Source: an uncultured delta proteobacterium (GTDB taxonomy: Bacteria; Desulfobacterota; Desulfobacteria; Desulfobacterales; B30-G6). Taken from it: a stretch of 64,000 nt of DNA. The notes beneath the pieces were generated by a model. The model had not been told where the DNA came from, did no database searches, and saw only the letters and a program-made list of their open reading frames with translations. Positions 10,959 through 21,230 of the stretch are shown in pieces (within the stretch, counting starts at the first letter, position 1; each line of letters starts with the position of its first letter). The stretch lies in NCBI GenBank assembly GCA_963823335.1, contig CAWGLD010000001.1, positions 1,088,001 to 1,152,000 of the forward strand. Reading direction: 5' to 3'. A program made the translations under genes and the position numbers.

Positions 10959-12403
10959 CCGATATGGGAAATGGATTCAAACCCGAATTAAGAGTGTTGT
11001 CTCTGGAAGATAAAGAGAAAATTTTCAATGCTGCCTTACAGGTATTGGAAGGTGTGGGTATGCAGTTGTTCCATGACGAGGCTCTTGCTCTCATGGAAAG
11101 GGCCGGCAGTGTTGTGACAGGCAAGCAAACCGTCAAGATACCCCGAAAACAGGTGCTAAAAGCCATTGCTTCCGCACCGGAGAATATCCCCGTCTACAAC
11201 CGCGAGGGGGAACACGTAATGGATCTGGGCGGGCGAAGGGCCTATTTCGGTACCGGCTCCGACCTGATGTACGCTTACGACGCGGATAAAGGGGAACGTC
11301 ATTTGACCGGTCTGCCCGACATTGAGCGTGCGGCACGGGTGTGTGATGCCCTGCCGAATATCGATTTTATCATGTCTTTTGCACATCCCCAGGAACTGCA
11401 CCCCGACGCAGCCTATCTGGAGAGCTTTCAATGCATGGCGTTAAATTCCGTCAAGCCCATCGTGAATACAGCCAAGGACCGAGGCGATCTGTCCGCCATG
11501 TGGGAAATCAGCAAAATATTGCGGGGCAGCGAGGCGGATTGCCGTCAGAAACCCTACACCATCCAGTATGCAGAACCCATCAGTCCCCTCAAGCATCCCT
11601 ATGCGAGTATTGACAAACTTATTTTCTGTGCGGAAAAAGGCATGCCGGTCATCTACTCACCCGCTCCCATTGCCGGATCGACGGCGCCCATGACCATTGC
11701 CGGCCATGTTGTCCAGGGGTTGGCGGAATGTCTATTCGGGCTTGTCATACACCAGTTGATCACCGAAGGCGCACCGTTCCTGATGGGTATCGGCACCGCC
11801 GTGCTGGACATGAGCACGAGCCAGTGTTCCTACAATGCACCGGAATACCTGATGGCCTACCTGGCAACGGTTGAAATGAGTCACCATCTCAACTTGCCGA
11901 ACTGGGGCTATGCCGGAACCAGTGATGCGCAGATACCGGATGGCCAGGCAACCTTCGAGGCCGGCTTGATGTCTTATCTATCACTTGTTGCAGGATCGAA
12001 CCTGAACCATGATGTGGGGTATCTCGATTTTGGGCTGACCGGGTCTCTCGAAATGGTGGTCATCATGGACGAGGTAATCGATCAGATTCGCAGGATGCAA
12101 CAGGGAATACCCGTAAACGAGGAGACTCTGGCTGTACAGGTTATCGAGGAAGGCGCCCGCCGGGGCGAGTTTTTGTCCCACCCACACACCTTGACCCATT
12201 TGCGCAGCACCCAATGGCGACCCCAGCTCATGAACCGCATGGGGCATGATCAGTGGGATCTATCCGGCAGGAAAGATCTTCTGTTACGGGCCCGGGAAGT
12301 GTTGAAAAAAATCATGGATACGCATCAGGCAAGATCCGTCTCCAAGGACCAGGTCGTTCAGATTCAGGCCTGTATGGATCGGTTTCATAAAAATGTTCTA
12401 TAA
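10955..12403 (+). CDS. MttB-family corrinoid methyltransferase, non-pyrrolysine
   Basis: EPISPLKH, GSTAPMTIAG, AGTSDAQIPDGQA, NLNHDVGYLD; no in-frame TAG; ATGA overlap with AOR stop. Confidence 0.9.
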   Translation: MTDMGNGFKPELRVLSLEDKEKIFNAALQVLEGVGMQLFHDEALALMERAGSVVTGKQTVKIPRKQVLKAIASAPENIPVYNREGEHVMDLGGRRAYFGTGSDLMYAYDADKGERHLTGLPDIERAARVCDALPNIDFIMSFAHPQELHPDAAYLESFQCMALNSVKPIVNTAKDRGDLSAMWEISKILRGSEADCRQKPYTIQYAEPISPLKHPYASIDKLIFCAEKGMPVIYSPAPIAGSTAPMTIAGHVVQGLAECLFGLVIHQLITEGAPFLMGIGTAVLDMSTSQCSYNAPEYLMAYLATVEMSHHLNLPNWGYAGTSDAQIPDGQATFEAGLMSYLSLVAGSNLNHDVGYLDFGLTGSLEMVVIMDEVIDQIRRMQQGIPVNEETLAVQVIEEGARRGEFLSHPHTLTHLRSTQWRPQLMNRMGHDQWDLSGRKDLLLRAREVLKKIMDTHQARSVSKDQVVQIQACMDRFHKNVL

Positions 12404-12482
12404 AAGGTGTTTTGCCGGGAGCAAATAAAAAGTAACCGTCGGGAGAAGGAAATCGGCTTCTGTTGACGGAGGGGCTTCTGTT

Positions 12483-12662
12483 TTATTCTGTTTGTTTCAG
12501 TTTCTCGATCTGTATCAGAAGGGCGTCATACGCATCCTCGAGTGTCAAAAGATCCATCATTACCGGTGGTTTCACGGAGTGAGCCGGTAGTCGTTTTTTT
12601 GTTTCGGTGATTTCTTCATCCAATTCTCGAAGTCTTTTTTTAAGCGTTTCCAATCGGTTCAT
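12483..12662 (-). CDS. Small coiled-coil hypothetical protein
   Basis: GGAGG RBS before ATG 12662; helical sequence containing RLPAHSVKP; follows the FadR gene on the same strand. Confidence 0.6.
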   Translation of the reverse strand: MNRLETLKKRLRELDEEITETKKRLPAHSVKPPVMMDLLTLEDAYDALLIQIEKLKQTE

Positions 12663-12707
12663 GCGTCCTCCAGACAGCAAACTCTCCAATAAAATCGTAC
12701 AACAATT

Positions 12708-13421
12708 TTACTTTTGGATAAGGTGATGCCATACATTGTCGAACATCTCCTGAGATGCTTTGTAGGCGGCCTCGGGGTCTTTTTGATCAATACCATTCAC
12801 GATGGCGACATGAAACGGCAGGGACTCTTTCTGAACGCCGATATCCGCCGTGTCGCTTTCTCTGGCTTTGTGCACCGCATTTCGGACCGTACTGCCTATT
12901 TGGGATAAAAGATCATTGTGACTTGCCCTGAGAATTTTTGAATGAAAGAGGATATCCAGGGACAGGTAGTCATCATACACATATCGATTTCCGTCACTTA
13001 ATATGGTCTGCATTTGCGACAGGGTGCCCCTGATGTCCGCCACTTCAGAACGCGTGGCCCTGCGGGCAGCCTGGCGGGCGGCCTCGGACTCGATCATTCG
13101 GCGCACCTCGGTGACATCTTTTAAAAACGTGGTCTTGTCTTCGATCTGCAGTCGCCAGACCAGGACATCCGGATCAAACAGATTCCAGTTTTCACGCGGC
13201 AGCACCTGGGTGCCCACCCGGGGACGGGTTTGGATCAGTCCTTTCTGCGTCAATACTTTGATGGCTTCGCGCAGAACACCGCGGCTTACGTGCAATTCCC
13301 CGCTCAGCTGATCTTCGGTGGGCAGCACTTCTTGTATACGATACTTTCCCCTGATAATCCGCTGGCCGATTTCATCGACAATATATTGATAAAGTTTGCG
13401 GTGGTAGGTGTTGGCATGCAT
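12708..13421 (-). CDS. GntR/FadR-family transcriptional regulator
   Basis: wHTH LPTEDQLSGELHVSRGVLREAIKVL; FCD-like C-terminus (DILFH, ASHN). Confidence 0.92.
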   Translation of the reverse strand: MHANTYHRKLYQYIVDEIGQRIIRGKYRIQEVLPTEDQLSGELHVSRGVLREAIKVLTQKGLIQTRPRVGTQVLPRENWNLFDPDVLVWRLQIEDKTTFLKDVTEVRRMIESEAARQAARRATRSEVADIRGTLSQMQTILSDGNRYVYDDYLSLDILFHSKILRASHNDLLSQIGSTVRNAVHKARESDTADIGVQKESLPFHVAIVNGIDQKDPEAAYKASQEMFDNVWHHLIQK

Positions 13422-13432
13422 GTTGTCACTCC

Positions 13433-13616
13433 ATAATTATATAATCATTGAATGATTATATCTTAAGTCATGTCGGACGTCAACTCAACCCCGACAGGGC
13501 ACAGTCATCGCGGGTCAACACCTAATAAAATAATTATATCAGTTAATTAATTGACAAAACAACCCTGTGGCGTAAAGGAAAAAGACTTGACATCAAAAAT
13601 ATAATTATATAATCAT
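13433..13616. promoter_or_regulatory. Divergent control region with two copies of the near-palindrome ATAATTATATAATCAT (13433-13448, 13601-13616); candidate FadR operators
   Basis: Exact 16-bp repeat seen directly; second copy follows TTGACA (13587-13592) and contains TATAAT. Confidence 0.65.
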
Positions 13617-13681
13617 ACTACAAATAAAGCATATTTAAAGGGGTGCAAGATGGTTTATAAAATTCTGAAAGGGAGGCGGAG

Positions 13682-14878
13682 ATGTCTTTAAAATACATTG
13701 CACTGGAAGAGCAATATGGTGCGCACAACTACAAGCCCCTGGATGTCGTTCTCAGCAGAGGAGAAGGTGTCTGGGTTTGGGATGCGGATGGAAACCGCTA
13801 TATGGATTGCCTGTCTGCCTATTCCGCGGTAAATCAAGGTCACTGCCACAAGAAAATTTTGCAGACACTCATGGATCAGGCACAGAAACTGACCTTGACA
13901 TCAAGGGCCTTTCGCAACGATCAACTCGGTCCCTTTTATAAAGAGTTGTGTGAACTGACCCGCTCTCACAAAGCCCTGCCCATGAACAGCGGGGCTGAGG
14001 CCGTCGAAACCGCCATTAAAACAGTACGCAAATGGGGGTATACGGTCAAGGGTGTTCCGGAAAACGAGGCCGAGATCGTTGTGTGTGAAAACAATTTTCA
14101 TGGCAGAACCATATCCATCGTCAGTTTCAGCACAGACCCACATGCACGCAAAGGATTCGGCCCTTTTACACCGGGCTTCAAGGTAATCCCCTATGGTGAT
14201 GCTGCTGCACTTGAGGCAGCCATTACACCAAAAACCGTGGCGTTTCTTGTGGAACCGATTCAGGGGGAGGCTGGTGTCATTATTCCCCCTGAGGGGTATC
14301 TCAAAAAAATCAGGAAGATATGTACCCAGGAGAACGTCATGCTTATTCTGGATGAGATTCAGACAGGATTGGGTCGTACGGGTAAGCTTCTAGCCGAAGA
14401 ACACGAAGGAATTGAAGCGGACCTGACCCTCATCGGCAAAGCGTTGTCAGGCGGTTTTTATCCGGTATCGGCTGTCCTGTCGAATTCAGAGGTCATGAAT
14501 GTCCTGCAACCCGGTGAGCACGGCTCGACATTTGGTGGCAACCCCCTGGCATGTGCTGTGGCGCGAACAGCCCTGAAGGTGCTAATTGACGAGGGTATGA
14601 TCGAAAATGCAGAAAAAATGGGTGCTGTCTTTTTAAACGGATTAAAACAGATCGCCAATCCCCTGATTAAAGATATTCGGGGGAAAGGCCTGATGCTCGC
14701 CGTGGAGTTTTACCCCAAAGCCGGTGGCGCTCGTCAATACTGTTTAAAGCTCAAAGAAAAAGGATTGCTCTGCAAAGAGACCCATCAAGACACGATCCGT
14801 TTTGCGCCGCCACTGATTATCACCCAATCGGAGGTTGAATGGGCTTTGGATATAATTGCCAACGTTGTCACTGCATAA
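13682..14878 (+). CDS. rocD: Ornithine aminotransferase
   Basis: [59 protein letters not shown]. Confidence 0.93.
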   Translation: MSLKYIALEEQYGAHNYKPLDVVLSRGEGVWVWDADGNRYMDCLSAYSAVNQGHCHKKILQTLMDQAQKLTLTSRAFRNDQLGPFYKELCELTRSHKALPMNSGAEAVETAIKTVRKWGYTVKGVPENEAEIVVCENNFHGRTISIVSFSTDPHARKGFGPFTPGFKVIPYGDAAALEAAITPKTVAFLVEPIQGEAGVIIPPEGYLKKIRKICTQENVMLILDEIQTGLGRTGKLLAEEHEGIEADLTLIGKALSGGFYPVSAVLSNSEVMNVLQPGEHGSTFGGNPLACAVARTALKVLIDEGMIENAEKMGAVFLNGLKQIANPLIKDIRGKGLMLAVEFYPKAGGARQYCLKLKEKGLLCKETHQDTIRFAPPLIITQSEVEWALDIIANVVTA

Positions 14879-14948
14879 ACCGTCAACGAACAAGCGACAC
14901 CGTCGCGGATTATAAAATCGGTCCAACGATTTTATGGAGGAAACAGAA

Positions 14949-16265
14949 ATGGTGGAAAATGTTATTATCATGGGCGCTGCCGGTCGGGATTTTCATAATT
15001 TTAACGTCTATTTCAGAGATAATCCGAGGTACAATGTCATCTGTTTTACCGCCACGCAGATTCCTGACATCGATGGGCGCCAGTACCCTTCCCAGCTTGC
15101 CGGGTCCATGTATCCCCATGGGATTCCCATAAGAAGTGATGAGCGATTGATGGAAATGATCAAAGAGGACAAGATCGACCTGGTAGCCTTTTCATACAGT
15201 GATGTCCCCCACACGGAGGTGATGCACAAAGCTTCTCAGGCCATCGCCGCCGGGGCAGATTTTATCATCATCGGCGCATCCTATACCATGATCCCCTCCA
15301 CGAAAAAGGTTGTTTCGGTTTGTGCCATACGGACCGGCTGCGGGAAATCCCAGACCAGCAGACAAATCGTACAGGTTCTCAAAGACGCGGGGGAGAAAGT
15401 CGTTTCCGTTCGTCATCCCATGCCTTACGGGGATTTGACCAAGCAGATTGTTCAGCGCTTTGCCACCTATGAAGATTTTGCGAAACATGCCTGCACCATT
15501 GAAGAACGCGAAGAATATGAACCGGTGGTTGATATGGGGGCCATCATATATGCAGGCGTGGACTACGAGAAAATACTCCGTCTGGCCGAACAGGAAGCGG
15601 ACATTATCGTTTGGGACGGCGGTAACAATGATACACCGTTTTACAAACCGGATGTGCATGTGGTGGTTTTCGACCCGCACCGTGTTGGTCATGAAACAAC
15701 GTTCCATCCCGGCGAAGCAAACATGCTGCTGGCCGATATCGCTGTCATCAACAAGGTGGACAGTGCCGATCCTAAGGATGTGGAAACGCTGAAGAAGACT
15801 ATCGCACGGCACAACCCCAATGCCCGAATTGTTTTAGCCGATTCAGAAGTAAGCGCTGATAACGGAGAAAGCATGCTGGGCAAACGTGTTCTGGTCATTG
15901 AGGATGGACCGACCCTTACGCATGGGAATATGACATTCGGTGCCGGTGTCATTGCAGCGCAGCGTTACGGGGCGGCAGAGATGGTGGATCCACGGCCGTA
16001 CCTGGTGGGATCTCTCAGGCAAACCTTCCAGACCTATCCGGAAATCGGTAAGGTGCTTCCGGCCATGGGATATGGCGACCAACAGGTGAAAGACCTGGAG
16101 GCGACCATTGATGCATGTGCGTGTGATATGGTTGTTTCGGCCACGCCCATAGATCTGACACGACTGGTGAAAATCAAGAAACCGATCCTCCGGGTCCGCT
16201 ATAACTACCGGGACAACAGCGTACCCACCCTGGGTGAACTTGTCATAGAAATGCTCAATTGTTAA
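14949..16265 (+). CDS. Cyclic-2,3-DPG-synthetase-like P-loop protein; probable arginine synthetase (ArcE-like)
   Basis: IIMGAAGRDFHNFN, FTATQIPDI, RTGCGKSQ, RHPMPYG, CTIEEREEYE, WDGGNND, EDGPTLTHG; lies between rocD and carbamate kinase. Confidence 0.75.
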   Translation: MVENVIIMGAAGRDFHNFNVYFRDNPRYNVICFTATQIPDIDGRQYPSQLAGSMYPHGIPIRSDERLMEMIKEDKIDLVAFSYSDVPHTEVMHKASQAIAAGADFIIIGASYTMIPSTKKVVSVCAIRTGCGKSQTSRQIVQVLKDAGEKVVSVRHPMPYGDLTKQIVQRFATYEDFAKHACTIEEREEYEPVVDMGAIIYAGVDYEKILRLAEQEADIIVWDGGNNDTPFYKPDVHVVVFDPHRVGHETTFHPGEANMLLADIAVINKVDSADPKDVETLKKTIARHNPNARIVLADSEVSADNGESMLGKRVLVIEDGPTLTHGNMTFGAGVIAAQRYGAAEMVDPRPYLVGSLRQTFQTYPEIGKVLPAMGYGDQQVKDLEATIDACACDMVVSATPIDLTRLVKIKKPILRVRYNYRDNSVPTLGELVIEMLNC

Positions 16266-16345
16266 AACACTGTCCCCAAACCGCCCATGCTTTGGCGGGC
16301 GGTCTATCGGAAAATATTTCTTTTTATTGATGAGATAGGAGGGGC

Positions 16346-17296
16346 ATGATGAATCATGACAGCATTGCTCCAGTAAAACCTACTTTGGTGATTGCCCTGG
16401 GGGGAAATGCGCTGATCCGGAAAGGGCAGCAGGGGACGATTTCAGAACAATTCGAGAATCTCAGAATTCCCATTGGCCAGATTGCAGGACTTGTCCATGA
16501 ATATAACATCATCATCACCCATGGCAACGGTCCACAGGTAGGGAATCTGATGCTGCAGCAGGAATCCTGTTTTGCAGTGCCTAAACTGCCCCTGGAAATA
16601 CTTGTGGCCCAGACCCAGGGACAGATCGGGTATATGATCGAATCGGTTCTGGACGAAGCGCTCATGGAACAGGGTGCGGATTTTCACCCCCTTGTTTCGT
16701 TGATCACCTACGTGGTTGTGGACAGAAAAGACCCTGCATTTGTCCATCCCACAAAACCTATCGGACCATGCTTTACAGCGGCCGAAGCCGAAAAACTGCC
16801 ATATCCCACCACCCAGACACCCAAGGGATTTCGACGTGTTGTGGCATCGCCCAATCCCGTAACCATCATTGAAAAAAGAGAAATCAAGCGATTAATAAAT
16901 GCCGGGTTCCTTGTTATCTGCTGTGGCGGCGGCGGCATTCCCGTGGTTCGAAACGGACGGGCTTTCAATGGTGTAGATGCTGTTATCGACAAGGACCTTG
17001 CCAGTTCTCTTCTGGCCATGGAAGTCGGCGCTGAACTGCTGGTGATCGCCACGGATGTGGATGGTGTTTTGGCTGACTTTGGTACGGATAAGGAAAAGCT
17101 GATACAACGTCTTTCAGTAAAAGAGGCCAGAGCGTTTTTAAACCATGACCATACCGGCAAGGGGTCCATGGAACCCAAGGTGGCGGCGGCTGTTCAATTT
17201 TTGGAACAAGGTGGCAAGCGTGTCGTTATCACCTGTCTTGATGCGATTGTCACGGGGGTCAAGGGAACGGCAGGCACTCAGATTGTTTGTGGATGA
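16346..17296 (+). CDS. arcC: Carbamate kinase
   Basis: IALGGNAL, THGNGPQVG, PTKPIGP, RRVVASP, GGGGIPV, AVIDKD, GSMEPKV. Confidence 0.93.
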   Translation: MMNHDSIAPVKPTLVIALGGNALIRKGQQGTISEQFENLRIPIGQIAGLVHEYNIIITHGNGPQVGNLMLQQESCFAVPKLPLEILVAQTQGQIGYMIESVLDEALMEQGADFHPLVSLITYVVVDRKDPAFVHPTKPIGPCFTAAEAEKLPYPTTQTPKGFRRVVASPNPVTIIEKREIKRLINAGFLVICCGGGGIPVVRNGRAFNGVDAVIDKDLASSLLAMEVGAELLVIATDVDGVLADFGTDKEKLIQRLSVKEARAFLNHDHTGKGSMEPKVAAAVQFLEQGGKRVVITCLDAIVTGVKGTAGTQIVCG

Positions 17297-17342
17297 AGGT
17301 CTTCTATCATGACGGAAAATGATGAATCGATAAGCTGCAAGC

Positions 17343-18290
17343 TTATGGCTCATTGAGCTTCCGGGTCAAGGCCGGGAGAATGGTAAACAGATCGCCAATG
17401 ACATAATAGTCGCTGTGGGCCAGGATGGCGGCTTTTGCATCGGTATTGATGGCGATGATCAAGCCGGCTGTTTTCATGCCGGCCAGATGCTGGATAGAGC
17501 CGGAAATACCACAGGCGATATAAACCTTGGGGTTGACCTTGGTACCAGTCTGGCCCACCTGCATGGCATAGGGTACCCAACCCTCGTCCACTGCAACCCG
17601 AGAAGCACCCACTGCGGCGTCTTCGATAGACTCGGCACACTCAAAGAGAAAATTGAAATTTTCCCCATTTATCATACCGCGCCCACCGGAAACGATTACA
17701 TGCGCTTCCGACAGATTCTGAGCCCCCGGTTTTCCCGGAATCACTTCCAGAACACGCAATTTTATCTCTTCCGGGATATCTATGACCTGTTGCGTGATGT
17801 GAGGTGTTGTCGGGTGAACAACGGCGGCAATGGCATTGGGTCGCATGCCATATAGGATCCGTTCCCCGGTCAGGTGAAAGGTGGCCATGGTTTTGCCCGA
17901 ATACTGGGATGTTTTTGCCACCTGGCGGTCGATATCCACATGAACGCAGTCCATCACCAGGGGCGCATCGAGGATAGCGGCAATTCGCGGCAGGAGATCT
18001 TTTCCCTGGGCAGAGGTTATTCCCATGAGTATATGGATGTCCAGGGTCTCAAGAACCGTGACAACGGCCTGAGCCCAGCGCGCGGGGTTCCAGTCGGGTC
18101 GATTCATCACAACGTTCACGATATGATCGACCCCATACCGGGCCAGTTGTTGCTGAATGTCTGATGTCACTGCTTCCATCAGGACAGCGAAAATCTCGTG
18201 CCCTTCCTTTACGGCGGCAGTAATCATTCCCAGATTTGCCGGTTTTAGGGCTCCCTCTTTTAGCTCGATGAGTAGACCGATTTTTTTCAT
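17343..18290 (-). CDS. etfA: Electron transfer flavoprotein alpha subunit
   Basis: VSGGRG, VGASRVAVD, QVGQTG, GISGSIQH, AINTD. Confidence 0.93.
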   Translation of the reverse strand: MKKIGLLIELKEGALKPANLGMITAAVKEGHEIFAVLMEAVTSDIQQQLARYGVDHIVNVVMNRPDWNPARWAQAVVTVLETLDIHILMGITSAQGKDLLPRIAAILDAPLVMDCVHVDIDRQVAKTSQYSGKTMATFHLTGERILYGMRPNAIAAVVHPTTPHITQQVIDIPEEIKLRVLEVIPGKPGAQNLSEAHVIVSGGRGMINGENFNFLFECAESIEDAAVGASRVAVDEGWVPYAMQVGQTGTKVNPKVYIACGISGSIQHLAGMKTAGLIIAINTDAKAAILAHSDYYVIGDLFTILPALTRKLNEP

Positions 18291-18373
18291 ACTTTTTTTA
18301 TCTTTTGCCCTGTTTTAAAACGAACACCCACCGACCTCCGTGATCAGTGTCACTTGAACTCTCGCTCCCTTCC

Positions 18374-19141
18374 TTATATCACCCGGGCCTCCTCCTTAAG
18401 AATGGTGACGAGCTGTTCTGCAATGGATGTGGTTGTGCCGGTTATCTCTTTGGGCTTTCGTTTCTCCTGTGCCGGTGTAAGGCGCACCAGCTCTACGCGG
18501 CCGGCCGGTTCCGGAATGCCGAGTGTTTTGAAATCGATGGTTTTGATTTCTTTTTTGCGCGATGTGACAATATCTGGAAAGGTCGGGTACCTGGGGGTAT
18601 TGAGGCCCTTGCCGGCGGCCAGAACGCAAGGCATTTCCAGTTTCAGTATCTCACGGACGCCGGCCTCTTTTTCACAGGTTGCCAGGGCAGCATTCTCTGC
18701 AGTTTCGATCTTAACGACATTGGTTGCTGCCGGCATGTCAAAGAGATGTGCCAGTCGAAACATGGTCTGCATGCCCTCCCTGTCGATGGATTCTTTCCCC
18801 GTGAGGATGAGATCGGGTTGACCGTCCCGGGCGATAGCCGTCTTCAAGATTCTGGCGGTCATGATGGGGTCATGGTCATTTTCGGCGGTTATCAGGATGC
18901 CGCGGTCGGCTCCCATGGCCAGGGCCGATCTCAGGGTGCCTTCGGCCTCGGGTTTGGAAAAGCAGACGGCGATCACCTCCGACCCGGGAAAGTGCTCACT
19001 CAACCGACGCGCTTCGGTCACTGCATGTTCGTCATAGGGATTCATGAGAAAGGTGATTCCTTCTTCGATCCCGGTTTCTCCCTTGACAGTGATGGTGGCG
19101 GCTGAATCGGGGACGTGCTTGACGCAGACGTAAATCTTCAT
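18374..19141 (-). CDS. etfB: Electron transfer flavoprotein beta subunit
   Basis: MKIYVCVKHVPD, NPYDEHA, ALAMGADR, GKESID, NTPRYP. Confidence 0.93.
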   Translation of the reverse strand: MKIYVCVKHVPDSAATITVKGETGIEEGITFLMNPYDEHAVTEARRLSEHFPGSEVIAVCFSKPEAEGTLRSALAMGADRGILITAENDHDPIMTARILKTAIARDGQPDLILTGKESIDREGMQTMFRLAHLFDMPAATNVVKIETAENAALATCEKEAGVREILKLEMPCVLAAGKGLNTPRYPTFPDIVTSRKKEIKTIDFKTLGIPEPAGRVELVRLTPAQEKRKPKEITGTTTSIAEQLVTILKEEARVI

Positions 19142-19145
19142 CAAT

Positions 19146-20483
19146 CTAACCGTTGACGGAGAAACTGGAATTGTAATTGATTTCTCGTTTGCGCGAGTAA
19201 AAACCGACATCCATTTTGCGACCGGTGTATTTCATGGTGAATTGAAACGGCTCTTTATCGTGATCCAGGCCTTTTTCACAGGCATCGATGAGTTCTGCCA
19301 TCATGGCACCCACCACGGGGGCATTCTTGTACTGGTTACCGCTGGTGCCGATGGCCATATAAAAACCGCCCAGATCGGATTTGTCGTAAACCGGAATCCA
19401 GTCATCGGAGCAATCGTAGAGATCCACAACCCCTTTGGGCTGGTTGGGTACCTGCAGGGTGGGGATGCGGCGGCCCAGACGATAGCACTGGGCTTTCCAC
19501 TGTTCCTCGCTGAGCTGGTTGTTGCGGCCATGGCCTCCTTTTCCAGCATAGAATTCGTCCGGGTCAACCCATTCCTGGGGATCGCAGTCCGGGTCTTCGG
19601 AGCCGATGAGGAACATGTTGCCGGTTTCCGGACGAATGTAACAACCAATATCACCATCACTCTGGTGATAACCGGTATTGATATAATCATAGTCCTCAGG
19701 TGATGGGCAGTACATGACTTCGTGGCGCAGGGCCTTGGTTTTGATGTTGCAGCCTTCCCAGACACCCTCGGCCATCTGATTGATTTTGTATGAATGAGGT
19801 CCGGCACAATTGACAACAACAGGAGCATCGATCAGGGTCCCGTCTGCCAGGGTGATACCCTGAACTTTTCCATGGGCACTTCGGATCGCAGTAACTTCGG
19901 CATTGAAAAGGAATTCGGCGCCTTTGGCCTCGGCGGCACGCATGATATTGTGAGCTGAAAGGGCGGGATCATTTACATAACCGCCTTCCGGGCAGAAAAG
20001 CCCCCCTTCGAGTTCTTTTTCGGGTTCGTCAAAGAAGGTGGGATCTTCGGGTCGTCGCACCGGCCAGAACTCGTGCAGGTCCAGTACGGGGACGTGTTCA
20101 AGAATCTTTTGGTTGTCCCATTCCTCGTATTTTACACCTACAGCGTCATAATGTTTTTTGACTTCCTGCCATTTATGACCCTGGGACTTAAGAAGAATGG
20201 ATCCGGTGTTCATGTACCTGGCTAAGCCTTTTTCATCCTCCACATGATCCAGATAATTTTGCCAGTCCAGCCAGTATTTGAAGCCTTCATAGGCAAAAGC
20301 AACACCATCTTCGGTAGAGTAATGGGCTCTTACGATAGCGCAGGACCCAGCTGTCGAACCCTCACCAGCATCAGGCAGCTTGTCAACACTCAGGGTTTTA
20401 TATCCCTTTTTTGTCAGTTCGTATGCGATGGGAGCCCCGATGACTCCGACTCCGATGATAATGGCGTCAAAATTTTTGTTCAT
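19146..20483 (-). CDS. FAD-dependent amine oxidoreductase (SoxB/DAO family)
   Basis: IIGVGVIG, GSTAGSCAIVR, NCAGP, GTSGNQYKNAP; stop lies 4 nt before etfB start. Confidence 0.85.
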   Translation of the reverse strand: MNKNFDAIIIGVGVIGAPIAYELTKKGYKTLSVDKLPDAGEGSTAGSCAIVRAHYSTEDGVAFAYEGFKYWLDWQNYLDHVEDEKGLARYMNTGSILLKSQGHKWQEVKKHYDAVGVKYEEWDNQKILEHVPVLDLHEFWPVRRPEDPTFFDEPEKELEGGLFCPEGGYVNDPALSAHNIMRAAEAKGAEFLFNAEVTAIRSAHGKVQGITLADGTLIDAPVVVNCAGPHSYKINQMAEGVWEGCNIKTKALRHEVMYCPSPEDYDYINTGYHQSDGDIGCYIRPETGNMFLIGSEDPDCDPQEWVDPDEFYAGKGGHGRNNQLSEEQWKAQCYRLGRRIPTLQVPNQPKGVVDLYDCSDDWIPVYDKSDLGGFYMAIGTSGNQYKNAPVVGAMMAELIDACEKGLDHDKEPFQFTMKYTGRKMDVGFYSRKREINYNSSFSVNG

Positions 20484-20569
20484 GATCTCCTCCTGTGCAG
20501 ATTGATTCTATATGATATTAAAAGAGAATAAACATAAAAGAAAGTTTATGCAAAGGCATTATTTATCAA

Positions 20570-21220
20570 TTACATTGTCTGGTCTTGAACCGCCTGAACC
20601 CAGTTGGCAAACCGTTTTTCACCGGCCGGGCAAAGGCCAAACTCTTGGCCGGAATCGAGTACGGCATGGGTCATGCTGTCAGCATATCCACGGCTACAGG
20701 TCAGCAGAAACCCGCCGGACATATCTTCATTTTTCTCCAGAATTACGATTTGGCACGGGACATGGCACAAAGGACCCTGCAGCAGAAATGGAGCGGTTCT
20801 GGCGGGATCGGTTAAGTCAAGCGCCGTCAATTTTTCAGCTACATGGAATGTATCCGGGCCAAAAAGGGCCAGAAAGACCGTTGCTTCGGTGACATCCGTG
20901 CAGCCTTTGAAGTCCGGTAATATCATTTCCCGTTTCCCCAGATGCCAGATGGCAGCCTGGGTTCCATTCATACGATTGACCAGGATATCTTTATTAAAAG
21001 CGCATGTTCCCGGGTCAGCCGGCACGGTGATCCCGCTGGGTGAGAGATCATCGATCTGACTGTCCTGCAGGTCCCAGCGTGTTTTGTGACTCAGGTCCAC
21101 CAACCAGGGGCCGGGGCCTTCCTCATGGTAGGCCAAAACAACCTCCCAGTTGTCACGGATTTCAGAATTTTTTACGCTGGATTCAAACGTCACCGGTGAA
21201 TATCTTTGTATACCTGTCAT
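20570..21220 (-). CDS. Sarcosine oxidase gamma subunit-like
   Basis: LVDLSH, GPDTFHVAEKLTALDL, CSRGYA; position after the alpha subunit. Confidence 0.75.
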   Translation of the reverse strand: MTGIQRYSPVTFESSVKNSEIRDNWEVVLAYHEEGPGPWLVDLSHKTRWDLQDSQIDDLSPSGITVPADPGTCAFNKDILVNRMNGTQAAIWHLGKREMILPDFKGCTDVTEATVFLALFGPDTFHVAEKLTALDLTDPARTAPFLLQGPLCHVPCQIVILEKNEDMSGGFLLTCSRGYADSMTHAVLDSGQEFGLCPAGEKRFANWVQAVQDQTM

Positions 21221-21230
21221 TTCTCTTTCC

